Positions 54,685 to 64,000 of a DNA stretch of 64,000 bases are shown here, piece after piece. The position numbers and the translations under genes are program-made. The stretch is taken from contig OX597822.1 in the NCBI GenBank assembly GCA_951406725.2, forward strand, positions 29,636,001-29,700,000. Direction: 5' to 3'. How positions within the stretch are numbered: position 1 is the first letter of the stretch; each line of letters begins with the position of its first letter. Origin of the DNA: Octopus vulgaris. Taxonomy: Eukaryota. A model generated the notes under the pieces. It had not been told where the DNA came from. It did no database searches and worked only from the letters and a program-made list of their open reading frames with translations.

Positions 54685-55335
54685 GGATCCCAACATATGT
54701 ATGTGCAATTGTGTGCGTTGCGTTCAGTCACTTAATAAATGAAAAAAAAAATGGTAAATAAACAAACGGTGGAGGCGCGTGGCTTAGTGGTTAGGGTGTC
54801 AGCATCATGATCGTAAGATTGTGTTTTCGATTCCTGGACCGGGTTACGCGTTGTGTTCTTGAGCAAAACACTTCATTTCATGTTGCTCCAGTCCACTCAG
54901 CTGGCAAAAATGAGTAACGCTGCGATGGACTGGCGTCCCGTCCAGCTGGGGAACACATACTTGATTGAAACTGGGAAACCGGGCCCATGAGCCTGGCTAG
55001 GCTTTAAAAGGGCGCATTTATATTTTTATTAAATAAACAAACGACATAACGTATACTGAGTGTACAACCGGACGGGAGACAGACATAGGAGGCTCCTAAT
55101 TCTTCGTCAGTTATCAACCAATCAGTAATACTCAGTTACGTACCATTAATGATGCGAAACTGAGTATTACCAATTGGTTGATAACTGATGAATAATTAGG
55201 GACCTTCTATGTCTGTCTACCCTCCGGTTGCACACTCAATATACATTATGTCGTTTGTTTATTTACTATACATTTTTTCATTTATTAAGTAACGGAACGC
55301 AACACACACAATTGTACATACATATGTTGGGATTC
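54685..55335. repeat. Foldback palindrome with about 190-bp arms; a SINE is inserted in the left arm
   Basis: 54685-54768 plus 55044-55140 is the reverse complement of 55153-55335. Confidence 0.92.
54769..55030 (+). mobile_element. tRNA-derived SINE family D with TSD
   Basis: A box tggcttagtgg; V-domain-like ctgcgatggactggcgtcccgtccag; flanked by the direct repeat aaataaacaaacg. Confidence 0.88.
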
Positions 55336-55489
55336 TACACAGTTTCCGTCTATCAAGACAAATTCATTCGAAAGACGTTGGTTGGACCAGGACTATAGCA
55401 GAAGACGTTTACCCAGGGTGACGAGCAGTAGGACTGAACCCAGAACAATGTGGCTGCAAGACGAACTTTTTAACCACAATCATGTCAGC

Positions 55490-55640
55490 AAAACATCATT
55501 GTCGGGTTTAAAGTGGATACTGCATCTGAAGGAGCAGACAGCTACACCTGGGGACAACAGTCCATTGCTAAAGATCGAGGCCGATGGAGATCTCTTGTTG
55601 GCGCCTTATACTCCACATAGAAGTCAAAGGAATTAATGAA
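55490..55640 (+). mobile_element. RTE-clade 3' end fragment
   Basis: TWGQQSIAKDRGRWRSLVGALYST is a typical RTE ORF C-terminus. Confidence 0.6.
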
Positions 55641-57166
55641 ATAATGGATGATTTATGAGTTCTGGCAAATTTCTTTAGCTAGTAACTCATTTTCCTTCCT
55701 ATCTGTCATTATCTAAGTGAAAATATTATTGCATAAATGAACTTCCACTTATATAAAATTAGTAAAAGCTGAAAACGTGTTTTTAATTTAATAGCAAGCA
55801 GACTTAAATTAGTAATTTTAGTTTTTTTAATGGTATTATAATTTATTTCGTATTAAAATTCGTAAATTTCTTTGATTAGTCACCCAAATTTTATCCCACA
55901 TGTCTATATCTTTACTGCTTAAATTTATCTCTATTTATATGAAATTATCGAAAGCAGCAATCATATAAATAATTTAATAGTAAACTGGCTTCAATTTTTT
56001 TCTTTTAGTTTTGAAAACCCATTTATGTTTTGTCTCGTACGGAGTACGACCTCCAAAACCACTCCCAGATACACTTTTCTCGATAAACATTTCACGATGC
56101 ACACAAGTTCACACCAAGACGGTAACTTAGAAACAAACGATAAAACATAAGCTACATGATGATACCATTGCCATCTGCCTAACTTTACCAGCGGCACATC
56201 GACGACCGTGTAACACATGGATGGTCTTTCTACCGCAACAGGTATTATTGTACTGTCAAACGTCTTTTCCCCTCACCACTGTCTTTATTTGAGCGGCAAG
56301 TAATACAGATTACATTTATTTTTAGTTATATGAAATTAGCGAAATCAACAAACACATCTTGAAATTATTACTAAGCAGGCTTCAATTGCTTGTTTTAGTT
56401 TTTGATACTATTTTGGATTTATTTTATATTAGTATTATCAAGCTGTTTCATTAGTGACTCATTTTTCTTCCTAGCTCTCCTTACCTGAGACGTATGCTGA
56501 ATTTGTGAAAGCTTTCAATTAACGCTTGCTTTGTGATAATGTGTTAGAAAATTCGTATAAACTGTTGTTGTATGGAACCGAGTATGCTTTCGACACTGGG
56601 TCATAAAGTGATTGCATATAGGAACCATTTTCTGCAACGTCACCTCGGTGAGATTTTCTGATGAAGGAAGTAACAAAAATGTTATGAAAATATTGCTTGC
56701 TTAAGTACAGACAAAGAAAGACACATGCACACATTAAATATTGGAAAAAGGTGAGATGTAGAAGAGAGAATGTGTGGGATGTGTGAGAGATGGAAGGCAG
56801 AAGTGTGTGATATCGACAAGGAAGAATTGATTAAAAGAGAGAAGTTGGGGGAGAAGGAAAGAGAGAGAGAGAGAGAGAAAGAGAAGGAGAAGAAGAGAGA
56901 GTGAGTGAGAGAGAGAATGGGGATGAAAGAAAGAGAGAGAGAGAGAGAGAGGGAGGGAGGGCTTGATGAAATTAATACATATAAAGAAAGATATAAAGGT
57001 ATAAAAGTGTGAGGACAGAAAAATATCCAAATAATTTAGAGTGTGGCAGACAAATAAACGAGTGGAAAGAGGGAAAAAGAGAGAGGGAGAGAGAGAGAAA
57101 AAGAAAGAGAGTGTGAGAGAGTGAGAGAGATTCAAGCATGCAGTGGAGTAATCAAGCGTTGAGAGA

Positions 57167-57208
<42 letters not shown>

Positions 57209-57490
57209 TCTGTGTGGAAAGAAGTAGTTCCTTCCTTGGGATATTTATCCAAGCGTACGCCGGACTATCTCCGTATCAATTAGCGATACTGGAAATTCCA
57301 CATGTGCTTATGTACTAGAGTTTATCATTAGTTCTTCTTTGATATTAGTACCTTACACTTTTTGAAATTCCAGTTGTCGCTATTGATGTTATCATCTTTT
57401 CGATATAGAAGAAACAATATTTAGTAACACAAAATGGAAAATGCATCCATAGAATAATCAATATATTTATTATAATAGTCAATTCATGTT

Positions 57491-57580
57491 TCCCTACACG
57501 TGTTTCGGTGTTGCTTAGGTTCATATTAAGGCAATTAAATTGCATTGTGAATTTGAAAAAGCAAAAACCTTCGTCAGGGC
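57491..57580 (-). ncRNA. Type I hammerhead ribozyme motif with intact core
   Basis: Minus strand: cc-CTGACGA-a-ggtttttgct...agcaacacc-GAAA-cacgtg-TA-gg. Confidence 0.55.
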
Positions 57581-58948
57581 TAAAATAGACTGTTAAGATG
57601 GTAAAATCATGGCTGCTGTTTCTTCATACATCTTCATTGATGGAGGGTTCAATTCAAATTGAATATTAACAAGTGGTCTTGGATACTGTTGTAAAAATAG
57701 TTAGAGGCTGATTTTTCAACCACTGGACAGGGGAGAGTTATAGTTCAGATGAACTAGGTCATAATACTATTCACCCTGCTAGAGGTGCAGATTCTTTACT
57801 GTTAAGTATGCTTTGTAAGCATATTCTTCATTAACTACATAAGTTTGTAGTTTGCTTTTACCATTTGTACTATCTATCAAGCTTACAATAAATATTTAGT
57901 TAAAGGTTCTTATTCATTGATAAGAAAAATAAATTTAAGTATGTACTAATTTTCTATCTTTTATATTTATTTATTTTGTTTCTTCTTATTGTAAGAAGTT
58001 TTATTAGTTATTGTAATATAATTTATTACTTAGATTCATTATTTGATAGTTTTGGTTCCTATTTTTCTATATATTTAATGGTATAGAAATATGATTCTAA
58101 ATTATCATATACACAGTATATTTTTATCTAAGGTCATTTGAATAATTTAACACAAAGAAGATATATTTCTAGTTTTAAGAGCTTATGTACTATTCTATCA
58201 TTCATATAGACTTTTATTTTAATTAAATTTATTTGAATTCAATAAATTTACATTTTTAAGCCGACGAAAAATCCCCTTTTCCCTCTTATTATTAGTATAA
58301 TATATTTAAATATATTTGTGGATATTTTGTGTTCTTACTTTATTTGTCTATTTAATTAATAGTGCATAAATACTATTCTTAGATATACTCACTGTGCTTA
58401 ATTTTTAACTAGAACTATTTAAATTCAACTGAGGTGTATTTAACTTTAAGAATTATTCTTATGTGTAATGAATAATTATATTACTAATAAACAGTTTCTA
58501 ATTAATTATATTCATTTCAATTCATTTAAATATATTAAATGTAAGTTTAACTCTATGCACATAATGGCGGTCCATTTCTCTCCTGTTGTTCAATAATTTG
58601 TGCTTAGATGTAAGTATTTGATAAATTACCTCTAGGTAGAATTCACATCTTTTTTTTCTCAATGCTAAAAGATTTAGCTTAGCTAATTAGTTCCCACCTA
58701 AAAATAGAGAATATGTACTTAGGTGGGAAATAGTTAGCCGAGGAAATTTATCTGCCTAGAGGAAATTTTGTCCGCTCAAAAAATAAAAAATATAAATTTA
58801 TTGAATTCAAATGATCTTAGATATTGATTATTCTATAAATGCATTCTCCATTTTTTGTTATATATATATATATAGACGTATGCACGCAGATACGAGATAC
58901 TCAGATAAATAGAGATAGATAGATAGAGAGGGAGAAAGAGAGAGAGAG

Positions 58949-59005
<57 letters not shown>

Positions 59006-59536
59006 GAGTCTTTGAAAAAGAATCTAATTCATTCCAGACTATTATTCGTTGCCACAAGAATAAAAAAAAAAATTATTCATTCCAAAACCACCTCAACCAA
59101 GTTTGAAAGTCTACCCTCGAAACATCCATTTAAAACAAAAGTTATCAATAAAGAAATCAATGCTTCTGATATATACATCTCATAAATAATACAACGAGAA
59201 AATACGTATCTAGAATAAATAAACAGAAAGAAAATGTCAAAAAGTTTTTTTTTTAACAAAATTCAAAAAGCATTTCAAAAAATTCCTCTACATGAAAATT
59301 TAAAAGCTAAAACATTAAAATTAGCATTTATAAAATATAAAAAGATTATTACATGATAAATATCTTAGATAAAATCTAAAATGGAAAAGTAAATAAGTGA
59401 GTTAAATTTAAAGAAATAATTAGCTAATTAAACTAGTTTCAATGCTTGTGATGTGTAGTTTTTGTTGACTTGCGATTTGATACACATCATTAAAGAATAT
59501 ATTTCAACTTGATTTTAGCTCTTCGTGCGTCTACAT

Positions 59537-59959
59537 TAGCACTCCGCAACTTTTACCCTTGCGGCACATTTATATTCTTTTCAAAATTCGGCGGCACACC
59601 TGAACTAAAACTTTAACTAAAAGTATAGGGAAAATATTTATTCAGGTTACACTGTGGCACACCTAAAATCGTCTCGTGGCACACCAGTGTGCCGCGGATA
59701 CCTATTTCTATTTCTTTACTACCCACAAAGGGCTAAACACAGAGAAGACAAACGGATTAAGTCGATTATATCGACCCCAGTGCGTAACTGGTACTTATTT
59801 AATCGACCCCGAAAGGATGAAAGGCAAAGTCGACCTCGGCGGAATTTGAACTCAGAACGCAGCAGCAGACGAAATACCGCTAAGCATTTCGCCAGGCGTG
59901 CTAACGTTTCTGCCAGCTCATCGCCCTGTGTGTCGCGGAATACCGGTTGCGGAGTACTG
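59537..59959. mobile_element. hAT (Charlie-like) MITE containing a SINE A insertion (about 59700-59925)
   Basis: TIR tagcactccgcaac / gttgcggagtactg; 8-bp TSD gtctacat / atctacac; gcggcacac subterminal repeats. Confidence 0.8.
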
Positions 59960-61101
59960 ATCTACACTTACGCATGTAATTTAATTGAAAAATGCATATT
60001 AAAAAGTTGGAGAATGAAAAATGAAAAATCAGCGATTTGTAAACCATAATATTTCTCATTTGAGTTTGGTAGGGTGTTTCCAAAGTGAAAGGCAACAGGA
60101 TTGTGGAAAAATAAAACACATTAAGGAAATTACTGAGAAGTAATTAATTTTATATCTCTGCTGGAGAATAATCTGCAATCTGTAATGAGGAAGAATAGTA
60201 ACAACAAAGAGTTCCTGAGACACTAAGTCTCCAGAGTGGATTGCCACAACCTTTACCCCTGGACAATCCAAGGGCATCATCTACCGAACCGCTAAGTTAC
60301 GGGGACCGTAAGCACAACAACACTAGTTGTGAGGTGGTGGCGGGGGGCACAAATACAGACATAAATATACACACGCATATATATATATATATAGGAGCAC
60401 TCCGTCAGTTACGACGACGAGGGTCCCAGCTGATACGATCAACGGAACAGCTTGCCATTACATTCTGAGTTCAACGTGCAAGTGGCTGAGCCACAGACAC
60501 GTGTTCCCTTAACGTAGTTCGCAAGGAGATTCAGCGTGACACAGAATGTGACAAGGCTGGCCCTTTGAAATACAGGTACTACTCATATGCCACGTGATGA
60601 AACTGACGCTCGAACAGGGTGGTTGGGAAACAGGCTGGGTTCTTACCACACTACACCTGCGGTATTTGTGTCAAATTCTATACATGTTGGAATATTTTCA
60701 ATCCATGTGAATAACTGTTTAGTTCTTGTTTAACATATCGTTACGTAAAGCAGTATGAGCAAAAACCTTTCCATGCTTCCATATGCAAACACAAGTACAC
60801 TAAATTTGCGTGAGAGAGCCTAAGCCACTGTTTCCTTGTTATTTTTCTATGGAAGACCTCTGTTAAGATTTTATTTGTTGCCAAATTAATGGAAAGGCGT
60901 CCCCCACTAATATTGGTAACCAATAGACATTGGTTACCCATTTCTTTACTACCCACAAGGGGCTAAACACAGAGGGGACGAACAAGAGGGTCTATTGTAT
61001 ATGAGCATGCTCACCCCTCACACAATACGGATAAATAGATATGCACATGTACATATATATGTGTAATTGTATGCATACATACATATATTATATAACATGT
61101 G

Positions 61102-61322
61102 CAGAGTGTCCATAAATTACCATGACAATTTGAAAAATGCAAAGCAAAATAAGAAAAAAGAATCTAAAATAAGGTAACTCAGCAGAGTTTATTAGAAAAT
61201 GTAGGAAAACAAATAAAGTTTTATTAGAAACATAAGGTCACTCCAACGTGGATTCCATTGGTTGCAAGCAGCTATCTGAAAGATGCCCGTGGAAGTTGTA
61301 ATGATAATTTATGGACGACCTG
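61102..61322. mobile_element. Tc1/mariner-type MITE
   Basis: TIR cagagtgtccataaatta / taatttatggacgacctg, followed by TA. Confidence 0.7.
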
Positions 61323-61839
61323 TATATGTAATATGTTTATGTAATGTTTAGATATGTACAATATGCATGCACGCACGAGCGCACGCGTATACACACGCAC
61401 ACACATAGATATAAAGAAATCGGGGTTTGCGAGACAGAAGTGAAGAAGAAGAAGAAGTAAAGAAGAAGAATAATTTAAAGAAGGAAGAACGTTACAAGAA
61501 GAAGAAATAGGAAAAAAAAAGAGAAGGAAGAGGATAAAAGAGATTTACAAATGCACTGAATAGTATCAAAGGAAAAAAAAACCGTTTTAAGAGAACAGAG
61601 TCCCTTAATGATGAAGGCTTACCTCATCCGGATACAAATATAAGTTATAAGTAAGATAAGGAACAGTATTGCTATCGTGACACCGATGGAGGTTCCAATA
61701 ATTATGTCGGTTGTATTGTTAGAGAGTTCTGAAGCAGCTGCGTTAGGAAATAAAAAATGGAAAAGAAAAAAATAGGAAAGGAAACAATTAAGTATAAATG
61801 AAAATGATGCAGTAATGTGTTGAGAAGAAATGGGATTTA

Positions 61840-61842
61840 TAA

Positions 61843-61936
<94 letters not shown>

Positions 61937-61964
61937 TAATAATAAAAAATAATAATAATAAAAA

Positions 61965-62020
<56 letters not shown>

Positions 62021-62118
62021 TAAAAATAATAATAATTATAATAATAATAATAAAAATAAAACAATAATAATAATATAAAAATAATAATAATAATAATAAA
62101 AATAATAATAATAATAAT

Positions 62119-62195
<77 letters not shown>

Positions 62196-62244
62196 TAATA
62201 AAATAATAATAATAATAATAATAATAATTATAAAATAATAATAA

Positions 62245-62298
<54 letters not shown>
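61840..62298. repeat. Long imperfect (AAT)n
   Basis: Directly visible. Confidence 0.98.
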
Positions 62299-62299
<1 letters not shown>

Positions 62300-62451
62300 G
62301 CCGGCTTCCAACACTTTTATCTGCAAAATAGGGGTTGCGTATCCTGTTCAGGCTATATTATTAGCATTATCCTGCGTTTGAGAATTTAAAATCACTTTCT
62401 AAGACATCTCAACGATTCTAAAGCAAACTTCGTTTGTTTGTTTACGTTCAC

Positions 62452-62499
<48 letters not shown>

Positions 62500-64000
62500 T
62501 AGTTTCAAATTTTGCCGCCAGGACAGCAGTTTGAGGGGAGAGGATGTGTCGATTACATCGACCCTAGTGTTTAATTGGTACTTATTTAATCGACCCCGAA
62601 AGGATGAAAGGCAAAATCGACCTCAGCGGAATTTGAACTCAGAACTCAGTGACGGGCGAAATACTACTAAGCTTTTCGCCCAGCTTGCTAACGGTTTTGC
62701 CAGCTTGTTACCTAATTCTTTCTACTATAGCCCCACACCGCCACTAGGTCTAGCACCTAAATGGCCAATGTGGTATCACGACTAAACTAACAAAACGTGG
62801 ATGATAATTTACAAATTTTGCTCTAAAAATGGATTGTGGAAGCTTTTAACAGTGAAACGATAAAAGAAAAATGAAGACAAAAGTTGTAAATTTACTTTAT
62901 ACACTGCAAGTTAATGGTTTCCCTGTATCTTATTTCTTTATTTCTTTACTGCCCACAAGAGGCTACACACAGAGGGAACAAACAAGGACAGACAAACGGA
63001 TTAAGTCGATTATATCGACCCCAGTACGTAACAGGCACTTAATATATCGACTCCGAAAGGATGAAAGGCAAAATCGACCTCGGCGGAATTTGAACTCAGA
63101 ACGTAGCGGCAGATGAAATACCAATTTCTTTACTGCCCACAAGGGGCTACACACAGAGGGGACAAACACGGACAGACAAACGGATTAAGTCGATTACATC
63201 GACCCCAGTGCGTTACTTATTTTACTCGACCCGGAAAGGATGAAAGGCAAAGTCGACCTCGGCGGAATTTGAACTCAGAACGTAGCGGCAGACGAAATAC
63301 TGCTAAGCATCTCGCCCGGCGTGCTCACGTTTCTGCCAGCTCGCTGCCTTTTTATTTCCCTGTATCTGATGAGATTTTATTTTATTTTAATAACCATTAT
63401 TACTTATATCATGTATAATATAATCACTACTATTGGTAAAATTTAGTATCTCAGGTATGTTACCTCCCCACCCCTAAAGCTTAGGGCCTCCTATGACATG
63501 CCCAGCATCCTCTTTGAGAACCCACGTTGAGAACCTCTGTACAACAAGTACAACGCTTGAATTTTTTGGGGCGGGGACTAGTCAACTGGTTCTTATTTTA
63601 TTGACAATGAAAGGATGAAAACCAAAGACGACTTTGGAAGAATTTGAAGTTAGAGCGGTAATAAGTTGGAATAAATGCTGCTAAGAATTTTGTTCGACGC
63701 GCTAACGAATCTGCCAGTTCGTTATCTTACCAATAAGTCTTTCTCCTATAAGCATAAAGCCTGAAATTTTTGGGGAGGAGGCTAGTGAATTAATGTGACC
63801 CAAATACTTAACTGGTACTTATTTCATGACCCCGAAATAATGAAAAGGGTCGATGTGATCGACTTACTATCTCCTTGAAACTGCTGGCCTTGTGCTAAAA
63901 TTTGAAACCAATATTTAGAGGAAGGTATAAGGAGTGGGTTTTTTTCCCCGGATCTCTACGTTCTGAGTTCAAATGTCACCAAGGTAGACTTTGCTTTTCA
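62500..64000. mobile_element. Cluster of SINE family A copies, mostly minus strand, including a dimer at 62930-63350
   Basis: gaaaggatgaaaggcaaa.tcgacctc core recurs near 62600, 63055, 63235 and 63610. Confidence 0.88.

Noticed and set aside
61600-61640. atgatgaagg...ccggatac hammerhead-like string
   Set aside because: The GAAA box and stems are too degenerate to support a call.

Overview
Eukaryotic, AT-rich, very repeat-dense DNA, most likely intronic or intergenic. The SINE families and the microsatellite load resemble an octopus (cephalopod) genome; this is recognition from memory, not a search result. No host protein-coding gene can be firmly called, and most ORFs in the track are translations of microsatellites. 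Supported content: (1) three L1/Tx1-clade LINE relics; (2) one young, 5'-truncated CR1-clade LINE with an uninterrupted 784-aa ORF; (3) restriction-like-endonuclease (R4/Dong-type) LINE fragments sitting in microsatellites; (4) Penelope-like (PLE) RT and GIY-YIG fragments, with several minimal hammerhead-ribozyme motifs; (5) Tc1/mariner elements (one full-length, one with two 5' ends), hAT and Tc1-type MITEs and a non-autonomous Helitron; (6) many copies of at least four tRNA-derived SINE families; (7) several long foldback palindromes. The most interesting observation is an element at about 48.9-49.2 kb that joins a tRNA-derived Pol III head, an (AAT)n spacer and a PLE-type hammerhead tail, with an inverted 5' duplication. 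It is a candidate Penelope-mobilised ribozyme SINE. Element boundaries were read by eye and are approximate.
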